Of a DNA stretch of 54,412 nucleotides, positions 27,390 to 36,319 are shown piece by piece. The stretch lies in NCBI GenBank assembly GCA_016839705.1, contig JAEOTR010000012.1, positions 1 through 54,412 of the forward strand. Direction: 5' to 3'. Origin of the DNA: Promethearchaeota archaeon (GTDB lineage Archaea; Asgardarchaeota; Lokiarchaeia; Sigyniarchaeales; SOKP01). Under the pieces are notes generated by a model. It had not been told where the DNA came from. It did no database searches and saw only the letters and a program-made list of their open reading frames with translations. The translations under genes and the position numbers were made by a program. The first letter of the stretch is position 1; the number at the start of each line of letters is the position of its first letter.

Positions 27390-27534
27390 TTTTGAGATAT
27401 TTTTTTTCTTTCTTATTTAGCATTTTCTTTTTAATAGTTAGCAGCAACCTAAAAGATATTATATAACTATTGATATTAATATAATTGAAGTTAACTTGAT
27501 TCATATAAAATACAACTATTTAGATGTATAAATC

Positions 27535-28887
27535 ATGAGTAAAGATTTCAAAGATTTAATTAATACTATTGAAAATGAAACAAAAACCCATGCAGAATTA
27601 GAAGCTACAATTAACTCACTCAACGAAGAGATTAATCAGCAAAATGGTATTATAAATGAACTGAAAAAGTTGATCAACGATCAATCTGATTCAACTATTT
27701 TGAGCAATGTCCCGGGTGAAATTGATATATTAAAGGATCTTATCAACTCCCAAAGACAAGAGTTAATTAAAAAAGATGAGTTAAACGAGGCATTACACGA
27801 TCAAATAGATGATTTAACATTAAAGTTAGAGAAATCAAAAGTGGGAACTATTAAAGAACAAGATAATGAGGATTTGATTCAAGCTCAAGAATTGAATCTT
27901 GCATTTTCTGAGGAAAATGAAGACCTTAAGAACCAAATTGAAGAACTGAAATACCAAATCAACTCTATGAAGTCTGGAAAAAGTGAAATTGAAATTGATG
28001 ATCAAGGACAAATGGGAGAAAGTGAAGAAATGGTCAATATCAAACGATTGAATTTTCAACTAATGGAAGAAAATGGGCTATTGCGAGTAGAGGTTGAATC
28101 TTTAAAAGTACAGCTACAAGAAGAAATGAATAATTTTGATTCAGAAGAATTAATATTAGCGAATCAGAGAATTGAAGCCTTAACGGCAGAAAAAGGGCTA
28201 TTGCGAGTAGAAGTTGAATCTTTAAAAGTACAGCTACAAGAAGAAATGAATAATTTTGATTCAGAAGAATTAATATTAGCGAATCAGAAAATTGAAGCCT
28301 TAACGGTAGAATTGGGTGAGTATGACGCGCAAGTTCGACATTTACAACAGAAATTAGAAAATGAGCTTGTAACTCCTGTAAGTTTAACTTATACGACCGA
28401 TGAATTCAATACTTTAAAAGATGAATTAACTCGGGTTCAAACTGAAAATCAAAGGTTGAATAATATTTTATTAGAATTAAACCATAATAAAGCTAGTCAA
28501 CCAAGTGAAAGCGAAAATCAAACTGTCATTTTTAACTTTCCAAAGCAATTTCAAATTTCACTCTTCATAAAAATGTATGATCTTTTAATTGAAATTGATA
28601 AAAAGAAAGTCATTGATGCTTTAATCAAAGAATTGGATAATAAGAACGTAGATGTTAAAAGAGCTGTATTAAAAATTCTAGGAGAAATTAGAGATGATAA
28701 AGTCTATGATGCATTTCTTAAACTACTTCATGATGATGATTGGGTAATTAGATATAATGTTATAAAAACACTTATTAAATTTGGTTTTGAAAATCAGGTT
28801 TTTATAGATTTATTAAAAAAACTTACAACAGATATAGATGTAGACGTCAGGGAGCTTGCAACCAAAGTTTTAGAAGATATATCATAA
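27535..28887 (+). CDS. Long coiled-coil protein with C-terminal HEAT (PBS-lyase-like) repeats
   Basis: About 300 aa of heptad-rich E/Q/N/L sequence, then D.DV.R.A...LG / DDDWVIRYNV / D.DVDVRELA repeats. Confidence 0.85.
   Translation: MSKDFKDLINTIENETKTHAELEATINSLNEEINQQNGIINELKKLINDQSDSTILSNVPGEIDILKDLINSQRQELIKKDELNEALHDQIDDLTLKLEKSKVGTIKEQDNEDLIQAQELNLAFSEENEDLKNQIEELKYQINSMKSGKSEIEIDDQGQMGESEEMVNIKRLNFQLMEENGLLRVEVESLKVQLQEEMNNFDSEELILANQRIEALTAEKGLLRVEVESLKVQLQEEMNNFDSEELILANQKIEALTVELGEYDAQVRHLQQKLENELVTPVSLTYTTDEFNTLKDELTRVQTENQRLNNILLELNHNKASQPSESENQTVIFNFPKQFQISLFIKMYDLLIEIDKKKVIDALIKELDNKNVDVKRAVLKILGEIRDDKVYDAFLKLLHDDDWVIRYNVIKTLIKFGFENQVFIDLLKKLTTDIDVDVRELATKVLEDIS
28061..28310 (+). 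repeat. Intragenic 120-bp (40-aa) tandem duplication
   Basis: Positions 28081-28190 and 28201-28310 are near-identical, encoding GLLRVEVESLKVQLQEEMNNFDSEELILANQ(R/K)IEALT twice. Confidence 0.95.
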
Positions 28888-28905
28888 TTTATTATTATTA
28901 AATAT

Positions 28906-29649
28906 TTAGAGCATGAACTTCTGTGCTTCTTCTCTAGAATAATAATCTGCTAAAAATAGTGGTTCTGGTTGTCGATGATCTTTAGTTGTGGCTAAACAGA
29001 TTGTTACAGCAATATCGATATTTATTTTATAACCTTCACTTATGAAAACGGGTTTTGTGTAATTTTTTAAGCAAACTGCATACCCAAGCAATTCATTGGA
29101 TAACTTTCTCGTCTTACTTCCAGGTTTATTTGCCCAAATAGGGGTTTTATTTCCTTTGAACCTTTCAGTTTCTTTCCACTTAGAATACCCAATGAATGGG
29201 TTCTTTGCCACTCCAAGCGTAGGAATGTTGAGAGCAAAACCAAGGTGAACTGCTTCCCCAAATCTTTTAGGGTGAATTTTACCATGACCATCACACATAA
29301 CAAGATCTGGTCTTTTATGAAGTTTAGAGATCGCTTTAGCAAGTAGACTACATTCTCGAAATCCTAAGAATCCTGGTTTATATGGAAATTTAATAATACC
29401 TGTTTCAACGGAGTACTCTTCTATTGATTTTTTTTCTATACTCCAATTTACTGCGCAAGCGACACCATATTCAGTTTTATCTTCACCATAGTAGGAAATA
29501 TCAACACCAGCGATTGTATTTACTGATTTAAAATCAATATTATCTTCGTTCAGGCTTGAATTATTAATGAGGTGTTGATATTTAGTTTGAATTGATTCTG
29601 CTTGCTCAAATGTATAATTATTCCTTAATAATTCATTATTATAGGTCAT
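28906..29649 (-). CDS. nfi: Endonuclease V
   Basis: AGVDISY, FPYKPGFLGFRE, DGHGKIHPKRFG.A.H.G, GVAK and PEP...AD motifs. Confidence 0.93.
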   Translation of the reverse strand: MTYNNELLRNNYTFEQAESIQTKYQHLINNSSLNEDNIDFKSVNTIAGVDISYYGEDKTEYGVACAVNWSIEKKSIEEYSVETGIIKFPYKPGFLGFRECSLLAKAISKLHKRPDLVMCDGHGKIHPKRFGEAVHLGFALNIPTLGVAKNPFIGYSKWKETERFKGNKTPIWANKPGSKTRKLSNELLGYAVCLKNYTKPVFISEGYKINIDIAVTICLATTKDHRQPEPLFLADYYSREEAQKFML

Positions 29650-30718
29650 CTAAATTAATAACTGTACTAGTTTTAGAAGATTTATAGATTCCAAAGATAA
29701 TTTTCATAGTGTTTAAATTATCTTTCCCACTGCTTATTGGTTCTTCATTCGATTGACAGCAATCTACAAAATGAATAACTTCGTTAATAAAAGGATCATT
29801 GCCTTCTAATATTTTTGATTCTTGATTTATTGGAATAAACTCTCCTTTCTGAGACGTTTTTCCATCTCTATCTAGTTTTTTAGATGATAGCATAGCATTA
29901 CCGATTTGATAATGACCTTTATTTAGGGGAGGGGGATTTGAATAAATTGTCCCAGAATCACCATAGATTATGTATTTTATATTCCACGGAGTTCTACCTG
30001 TAGAAAGACTCCCGAAGATATTCCCAATTGTGCCAGATTTGAATTCTAAAATGGCGGTTGAGTAATCTTCAGCACTGTTTACAAACAAAGAGCTAAAGTT
30101 TTTGCAAAAACCACTTACTCTTTTCACATCTCCAATAAAATATCTTAAAAGATCTATTATGTGGATTGAAAGAGTTATCAAAACACCCCCACCAGCACGT
30201 TTGCCATCAAACATCCAATGGTCTCGAGGTAATAGCCTTGACTGTTTCAGAATAGAATCTCCTCGCACCGCATTGATGAAACCAAGTTCTTCATTTTTTA
30301 TAAGGCTCAAGACTGCTTGGGAGGATGGTAGATATCTTAATACTTGTGCAATCATATATTTAACATTTGATTTTTCAGTTGCTTTAACCATATCTCGACA
30401 ATCTTGTATCGAACAAGCCATTGGTTTTTCAAGTAAAATATGCTTTCCCGATTCAGCAGCTAGAATAGTTTGATATTTATGTTGATCATGGATAGTACAA
30501 ATATCAACGGCATCAATATCTTCTTTACCCAACATTTTTTCGAGATCAGTGTAAACAGAGGGAATCTTTGCAGCTTTAGCAAAAGATCTCGCAGCTTCCT
30601 CTCGGATATCACATACAGCAGTTACTTTAACTTTCTCAGGAAATTTAAGATAAGCTGGCAAATGAGCATATGCCATTGCGCCTGTTCCTACCAAGCCTAC
30701 TTTTAATGGTTTTAAAAT
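29639..30718 (-). CDS. Gfo/Idh/MocA family oxidoreductase (probable ATT start at 30718)
   Basis: The Rossmann strand KPLKVGLVGTG lies upstream of the TTG used by the ORF track. HILLEKPMA and GGGVL...IH.ID motifs. GGTGA SD 7 nt before ATT. Confidence 0.85.
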   Translation of the reverse strand: MLKPLKVGLVGTGAMAYAHLPAYLKFPEKVKVTAVCDIREEAARSFAKAAKIPSVYTDLEKMLGKEDIDAVDICTIHDQHKYQTILAAESGKHILLEKPMACSIQDCRDMVKATEKSNVKYMIAQVLRYLPSSQAVLSLIKNEELGFINAVRGDSILKQSRLLPRDHWMFDGKRAGGGVLITLSIHIIDLLRYFIGDVKRVSGFCKNFSSLFVNSAEDYSTAILEFKSGTIGNIFGSLSTGRTPWNIKYIIYGDSGTIYSNPPPLNKGHYQIGNAMLSSKKLDRDGKTSQKGEFIPINQESKILEGNDPFINEVIHFVDCCQSNEEPISSGKDNLNTMKIIFGIYKSSKTSTVINLDDL

Positions 30719-30734
30719 AAATTGGTCACCGATT

Positions 30735-31550
30735 TTAATAGACCTTCTTTATTAGGGAGTCACCGACAGAGACATATCTCTGTGACACTCCAGGAATGTT
30801 TGTTTCTTCAGGAATTAATCCTGCCCAATCTTGATCTCGATCGACAGAGATATTAACTAATCCTTTAGTCCTTTCTTGAACGCTAATCGGACCATAAGAA
30901 AATATTAACAAAATATCTTTTCTAACCGGATGGATAACTGCCATATTGTTGATTCCCCATGCATCTCCTTTAGGTATAATAAGGTCATCTTCGTTTAGAG
31001 ACGAGTTTGGAATTAGTTCTAGGGCTAAATGCTTGATACCTTTATCCAATACTAAAGTTTTCTCTTTAGTAACAGTTATATCAAAAACTCGTTTTGGAAA
31101 TCCCCAATCCACTCCCATTTCCATCATTAACCATGTTTCAACTGGCATGCTCAATACAAACCAAGTTTCTTTACTATCAGGACATATTCCCTTAATCATT
31201 ACCATACCCTCATTGTAACGGGTAATTGAATTACCTGTATTATAATCTACAGTAACTAAAGATACAATGGGTTTTTCTGGTATGGTAAGCTGTTTCGGTA
31301 GGAGCGATTGGTACAGTTCAATGTTTTCTGGTTGAAACGCAGTAAAAATTCCATTTGTGCCCCGATCTCCTCCGATCTTTACGGTTTTAGGATCAATTGT
31401 CCTACCACTTGGGCCATATCCCCAATTAATGAGTTCATTTACACTATCATTTTTTACGAAATCACGCACCCGCTGAATGATCATTCCACTATAATAGGCG
31501 TGCTCAACCTCATTCTTCGGAGCAAGTCCTCTATTTCTTGTCTCTGTCAT
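30735..31550 (-). CDS. Acetoacetate decarboxylase-like superfamily protein
   Basis: LLP..L..P..P.V....DY...YNE...LSMPV...G..WGFPK pattern. Confidence 0.6.
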   Translation of the reverse strand: MTETRNRGLAPKNEVEHAYYSGMIIQRVRDFVKNDSVNELINWGYGPSGRTIDPKTVKIGGDRGTNGIFTAFQPENIELYQSLLPKQLTIPEKPIVSLVTVDYNTGNSITRYNEGMVMIKGICPDSKETWFVLSMPVETWLMMEMGVDWGFPKRVFDITVTKEKTLVLDKGIKHLALELIPNSSLNEDDLIIPKGDAWGINNMAVIHPVRKDILLIFSYGPISVQERTKGLVNISVDRDQDWAGLIPEETNIPGVSQRYVSVGDSLIKKVY

Positions 31551-31757
31551 AATAACTCTATTTATTCTCTTTTGATTTTAGATAATAAATCATCACTAAT
31601 TATACATAAATTATTTTCTAAACTTTTAAAAATTATTTAGGTTAATCCATTTATTTTTGTCATAATTTATAAGAATCTTATTCTGATTAATAACCGTGAA
31701 ATTCATATCTCAGAAATTCCTTCATCAATCAAATAAAAAATTTCATTTTTGATATCG

Positions 31758-32561
31758 ATGAAAATAGCGGTCTCAGGAAAGGGGGGAGTTGGAAAAACTC
31801 TAATAGCTGGTACGTTGGCAAGAATGTTCGCAAAAGATGGTTTTAAGGTTTTGGCAATAGATAACGATTCAGCAATGAATCTAAGTTATACTTTAGGTCT
31901 TGATGAAGGTACTAAAAATCAGATTATTCCAATTAAAGAAATGAAATCAATGATTGATGAAAGAACACTCGTAAAAGGAGCAGGTCCTGGAGTATACAAT
32001 ATTAATCCTAAAGTCTCTGACATTCCCGACAAATATAAAGTGTCTGGTCCAGATGGTCTACAACTATTAGTTTTAGGTGGAATTGAAGAACCTGCCACCG
32101 GATGTCTCTGTCCAGAAAATGCTTTAATAAGAACTCTTTTGTATCATTTAATGGTAAAAAGAGATGAAGTCATAATTGTTGATTTCGAAGCAGGTATCGA
32201 ACATTTAGGACGAGGGACAGCAAAAGGTATTGATTTAATGCTAGTAGTTACAGAGCCTTCCCAAAAATCATTAGATTTATGTAAAAAAATTATAGACCTT
32301 TCCAAGAAATTAGGAGTTATCAATATCTATTTGATCGCAAATAAATTGATTGATGAATCTCAGAAAGATGTTCTTAATGAACGAATTAAAGATTGGGAAG
32401 TTCCACTTTATCATTCTGTTCCATTCGACCCTGAAATAGGGAAAGCTGATTTGAATGGGGAGTCTCCTATTGATTTTAATCAAACATCTAAAGGAGTTCA
32501 GGCAATCAATAGTCTATACTTGAAATTAAAGAAGTTAAAATCGGAAATATTTGATTTATAA
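31758..32561 (+). CDS. cooC: CooC-type nickel-insertion ATPase
   Basis: MKIAVSGKGGVGKT, GCLCPEN and DFEAGIEHLGRGTA motifs. Confidence 0.92.
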   Translation: MKIAVSGKGGVGKTLIAGTLARMFAKDGFKVLAIDNDSAMNLSYTLGLDEGTKNQIIPIKEMKSMIDERTLVKGAGPGVYNINPKVSDIPDKYKVSGPDGLQLLVLGGIEEPATGCLCPENALIRTLLYHLMVKRDEVIIVDFEAGIEHLGRGTAKGIDLMLVVTEPSQKSLDLCKKIIDLSKKLGVINIYLIANKLIDESQKDVLNERIKDWEVPLYHSVPFDPEIGKADLNGESPIDFNQTSKGVQAINSLYLKLKKLKSEIFDL

Positions 32562-32616
32562 CTTAAATGAGAAAAAAGCTATTGAACTAATATAGAGAAA
32601 ATAATTCTATCCTTAT

Positions 32617-32859
32617 CTATAAAACATCAGATAAATCTAAGTTTTGTTCTTCAGCGAGTTCTTTCCATTGGTCTATTGCTTCTAGAGCATCTACTTCATT
32701 CATCATTTCAATGGCATAACCCGCATGAACTATAACATATTTCCCAACTTCTGGGTTTTGAATTAGAGCTATAATCACTTTTTGAGTAAGACCATCAAAG
32801 TCGACTAAAGCAGAATTACCATCTATATTCAGAATTTTTCCAGGTATGGCTAAACACAT
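32617..32859 (-). CDS. hypC: Hydrogenase maturation chaperone HypC
   Basis: MCLAIPGKI...VG.YVIVHAGYA. Confidence 0.96.
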   Translation of the reverse strand: MCLAIPGKILNIDGNSALVDFDGLTQKVIIALIQNPEVGKYVIVHAGYAIEMMNEVDALEAIDQWKELAEEQNLDLSDVL

Positions 32860-33085
32860 GAAAGATCACTAAGAACAATTGATATATACACAGTAAATAA
32901 TATTGAACAACAAATAAAATTATTGATTTCTCGTTAAAAAAGAACCATTTAAGGTTCAGTATTAAAAAAACCATATTAGACTTTAGAAGTTTTGTGCAAC
33001 AGGCTTTTAAGTAATCTATTCTTCCTTATTTTTAATTTATCAACTGTATATAGTAAAATTATCACTAAATATTTGGTAGTAAAAA

Positions 33086-33640
33086 ATGATAATGGATAAA
33101 TTTAAGGAGTTCCCTACACATAAGATTCTCTATGTTTTGGCAGTATTCGGATTTTTAATAGTCCTCTTAGTTGAAATTTTCGTCTTCATACCCCTCGAAT
33201 CAAAAGTCTCAACATATGGAATATTAGATTATGAATTTGCTTGGAGTGCCACTAGAGTTCTTTCAATCTTTTCAGCTTGGGGTTCAACAGGACTAAATCA
33301 TCAAATAATTGCAATATATTGGGACTTTTTATTTATTATAGGTTATGTATCATTAGCATTTAGTTTAATAACATTAGTCTTTCAAAGATCAAATGAGCGA
33401 ATTCAAACTATTGGAAGATATGTCATAATAACGCCACTTTTAACAGGTATTTTTGATGTCATTGAAAATGTGATTTTACTAATAATGGCAACCAATCCAA
33501 GTTCTGTAACAGATTCTAACGCTCTATTGGCCTCTCTTAGTGCTTCAATAAAATTTGCTTTACTATTTATCGGAATAATTTACTTTATTCTAGCATTAAT
33601 CCTTATAATACTTAAAAAAATACAAAAGAGAAATGAATAG
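33086..33640 (+). CDS. Four-TM membrane protein of unknown function
   Basis: Hydrophobic helices and DFLFII.Y...FDVIEN pattern. Confidence 0.7.
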   Translation: MIMDKFKEFPTHKILYVLAVFGFLIVLLVEIFVFIPLESKVSTYGILDYEFAWSATRVLSIFSAWGSTGLNHQIIAIYWDFLFIIGYVSLAFSLITLVFQRSNERIQTIGRYVIITPLLTGIFDVIENVILLIMATNPSSVTDSNALLASLSASIKFALLFIGIIYFILALILIILKKIQKRNE

Positions 33641-33680
33641 AAAATTTATTCTGAGAGAATATTCCGATTTATTTTTTTAA

Positions 33681-34484
33681 CTAATTTGTTCTCCTAGAAT
33701 AAAAAGCAATCAGATCATCAAGCCAATTAAAGATTTCTTCTTTCGATAAATTGTCAATATTAAATTTAAGTCTTTCTAATTCTCGTAATATGTTTTTAAC
33801 TCCTAAAGGAACTGTTTTTTGGCAAAGTTCAAATAAAAACTCATTAGTTTTTGAAACCATCTTCTTTATTTCTAAATCCATTGGTTCAAACATAGATTTA
33901 TTTGTAACCTCATCGATACTTTTATCTACCTCAACAAGGTAATTAATTAAATCAAATAGACGTCCAGTTTCATTTCCTTTAAATGATCCGTCTACTTGAT
34001 AGAAAAATCCTTTAAAATCATCAATAGGTATTAACTCACTATATCGATTATCAATTTTGATAACGGACTTAACATTCCTATAGAGATTTGAGGGTCCCCA
34101 AGAAAAGATATCAAAACTTGATTCTATTTTATCATTCCTTATAAATAATCTAAATTTGTGCTCATCCTTAAAATAACCAAAAGGGATTATTGCAAAATCA
34201 ATGGAATTCATAGGTTGATTATTCAGTATGTAACTTAGATTTTTTATCTCAACGCTTTGATCAATCGATTGTTTATAAATATCAAACATTAATTTTCTAG
34301 GATGTGGTTTATACATATAAAAAATAATACCTTCAAATCCTTGAATATCCAATTCTACTGAATAAGTTATGAGTTTTTCAACAATATCTCTATTATTCAA
34401 TCTAATGTTTAAAAATAAATGATAATAATTTTCAATATGTTGGAAAAACCAAGGAACTTCCCGACTTAAGCTATAGAGAGTCAT
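33681..34484 (-). CDS. Hypothetical protein
   Basis: 267-aa ATG ORF with no recognised motif. Confidence 0.65.
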   Translation of the reverse strand: MTLYSLSREVPWFFQHIENYYHLFLNIRLNNRDIVEKLITYSVELDIQGFEGIIFYMYKPHPRKLMFDIYKQSIDQSVEIKNLSYILNNQPMNSIDFAIIPFGYFKDEHKFRLFIRNDKIESSFDIFSWGPSNLYRNVKSVIKIDNRYSELIPIDDFKGFFYQVDGSFKGNETGRLFDLINYLVEVDKSIDEVTNKSMFEPMDLEIKKMVSKTNEFLFELCQKTVPLGVKNILRELERLKFNIDNLSKEEIFNWLDDLIAFYSRRTN

Positions 34485-34585
34485 CTTTATAGTATCTTCT
34501 AAAATTAAGTTACCAATTCGTATATTCTTAAAACTCCAATGTATTAAAGAATTCTCTATTATTTAAATGTTAATGTCCAAAAGAC

Positions 34586-34611
34586 AAAAAATAAAGAAAA
34601 TAAAAAAAAAA
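34586..34611 (-). terminator. Poly-T terminator of the mvh/hdr operon
   Basis: A-tracts on the + strand (U-tracts on the minus strand) just past the hdrB stop. Confidence 0.5.
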
Positions 34612-34633
34612 TTACGTTTTAAGTAAAGACTTA

Positions 34634-35497
34634 TTATAAATCCATTTTCAATCGGACTCGATGGAATTTTAATCCAATATCATCAGGACTAATTCCCATT
34701 GCTAAAGCGTATAACTCAGTTAAATAAAGAACAGGGATATCATATTCTGTCTCAAACATTTTAGAAAGATCTCTTTGACGTGTATCAAGTTGTTGAAAAC
34801 ATGCAGGACAATTTACAACAATAGCATTTGCTCCCGCATTTTTGATACTATCCATCTTTTTCTTTAAGTTTGCCATACCATGTTCTTCGTAGGCGTTTGT
34901 AACCGCAGAACCACAACACAGTGCTAATTCATCATAGTCTACAACTGTTGCACCAGATGCAGCTACTAATTCTTTTAAATTGGTTGGTCTTAATGGATCA
35001 TCTGATTCCATCCACTCAGCGGGTCTCATATAATGGCACCCTGGATGACACGCAACTTTTAATCCGCTTAGCGGTTTAGTAATCGCACCTTTTATCTTGT
35101 CAATTCCAATTTCGTCTTTTAAAACATCAACGAAATGCTTTACGTCAATAGATCCCTTATAATTTTTACCAATTTTAGATAATTCCGCATTGACTTTATC
35201 TTTTTTGAGACTATCATGTTTTAACTGATGTTGCACTCCTCTTAATGTATTTGTACACCCATTACATAAGGAAATAATATCTTTTCCCTCGCCTTCGGCT
35301 ATTGAAAGATTTCTAGCTCCCATAGCTAACCATGCATCGTTATCGAAACTTTTCATCCCCGTCGGATCAGGACAGCATGAAAATGGTGCTTGTGATGTTT
35401 CAATTCCAAGTTTATCAAAAACTTTTCTTGAAGCAGCTTCGATAAATGGGATTCTATTTCCAATCGTACATCCTTCAAACATTTTATATTCTGTCAT
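34634..35497 (-). CDS. hdrB: Heterodisulfide reductase subunit B
   Basis: Two CCG domains: GC...SCCP...LCNGC and HPGCH...CCGS...NCPAC..QLD. Confidence 0.93.
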   Translation of the reverse strand: MTEYKMFEGCTIGNRIPFIEAASRKVFDKLGIETSQAPFSCCPDPTGMKSFDNDAWLAMGARNLSIAEGEGKDIISLCNGCTNTLRGVQHQLKHDSLKKDKVNAELSKIGKNYKGSIDVKHFVDVLKDEIGIDKIKGAITKPLSGLKVACHPGCHYMRPAEWMESDDPLRPTNLKELVAASGATVVDYDELALCCGSAVTNAYEEHGMANLKKKMDSIKNAGANAIVVNCPACFQQLDTRQRDLSKMFETEYDIPVLYLTELYALAMGISPDDIGLKFHRVRLKMDL

Positions 35498-35514
35498 TTT
35501 CTCTTACCCTCGAA

Positions 35515-36021
35515 TTACTTTAATTTTTTTTCTGAACCAATGTTTTTTAGTAATGTTTGTACTTCACTTACATCTGGAGTAGCTACTGCTGGAAGACCTA
35601 ATTGCTCTCGCCTCCTTTCAATTGCCGGTTGTGAAGGAATAGCTTTAGCATTATCGTAGATTGCCTGTGCTTGTGAATATATGAAATCTGGTCCCTTTCC
35701 TAAAGCTATACTTTGATTTTTGAGAAAAGTAAAAATCTCAGTAAGCTCAATGTTCTGAGGACATACTTCATCACAAGTATCACATACTGTACAACCCCAT
35801 ATTGTCAAATCATCTCCTCCAAGAAGTAAACCTTTATACCCTAAAAGAGCTGCTAAAATGTTACTTCTAGGATTATATCCAACTGTAGTGTAAAAATCAG
35901 CAGTAACAGCTGTGACAGGACAATTATCAGCACATCTACTACATTGATAGCAGTATTTAATTACATCAGGCCCAATGTGAAAATCCATAACTTGTTTTCT
36001 AAATTCAAAATTTGCTTCCAT
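35515..36021 (-). CDS. hdrC: Heterodisulfide reductase subunit C
   Basis: CYQCSRCADNCP and CTVCDTCDEVCP [4Fe-4S] motifs, adjacent to hdrB. Confidence 0.92.
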   Translation of the reverse strand: MEANFEFRKQVMDFHIGPDVIKYCYQCSRCADNCPVTAVTADFYTTVGYNPRSNILAALLGYKGLLLGGDDLTIWGCTVCDTCDEVCPQNIELTEIFTFLKNQSIALGKGPDFIYSQAQAIYDNAKAIPSQPAIERRREQLGLPAVATPDVSEVQTLLKNIGSEKKLK

Positions 36022-36047
36022 TTTTTTCCACTTTTTTTGTTTTTTTT

Positions 36048-36148
36048 GAATGATTATTTATTCATTCGTAGGCTTTTACCCCACGCAAGGGGCGTTGTAT
36101 CCAATTTTTATTATTTTTATTGGATATTCATCCTAAGCCCACGTTCAT
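36048..36148 (-). promoter_or_regulatory. Candidate SECIS-like structured element 3' of the vhuU Sec codon
   Basis: GC-rich island with several stems (CGTGGGCTT/AAGCCTACG, TATCCAAT/ATTGGATA, GCCCC/GGGGT, GAATGA/TCATTC) in an otherwise A-rich spacer. Confidence 0.5.
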
Positions 36149-36277
36149 CTCTCGAGAGTAAATCTCAGTGCCCTCCTCATCAACAACTGTGATGTGAGCA
36201 GCACACGATAGTCAGCAGTCAAAACAGCGAACTATCATTTCTAAGAGATTTACCACACCTTCTGGTACATCACTCAT
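36128..36277 (-). CDS. vhuU: VhuU-type selenoprotein: separately encoded C-terminal peptide of the [NiFeSe] hydrogenase large subunit (missed by the ORF track)
   Basis: Manual translation MSDVPEGVVNLLEMIVRCFDC-U(TGA 36214-36212)-LSCAAH-ITVVDEEGTEIYSREMNVGLG*. This supplies the RxxDx(C/U)xxCxxH motif missing from the adjacent MvhA. Confidence 0.93.
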
Positions 36278-36319
36278 CTTTTTTGTTCACTTTTTCCTTT
36301 AATTTTCAATTTATATTAT

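Noticed and set aside
28061-28310. Possible CRISPR or mobile repeat
   Set aside because: It is an in-frame coding duplication without spacers or cas genes.
36062-36130. Read-through of the second vhuU UGA (adding U-ISNKNNKNWIQRPLRGVKAYE)
   Set aside because: The extension is low-complexity and runs through the structured element. It lies after the proteolytically removed tail, so Sec there has no evident role.
35944-36192. 82-aa plus-strand ORF between hdrC and mvhA
   Set aside because: It is antisense to hdrC and vhuU, and the minus-strand Sec frame explains the region.
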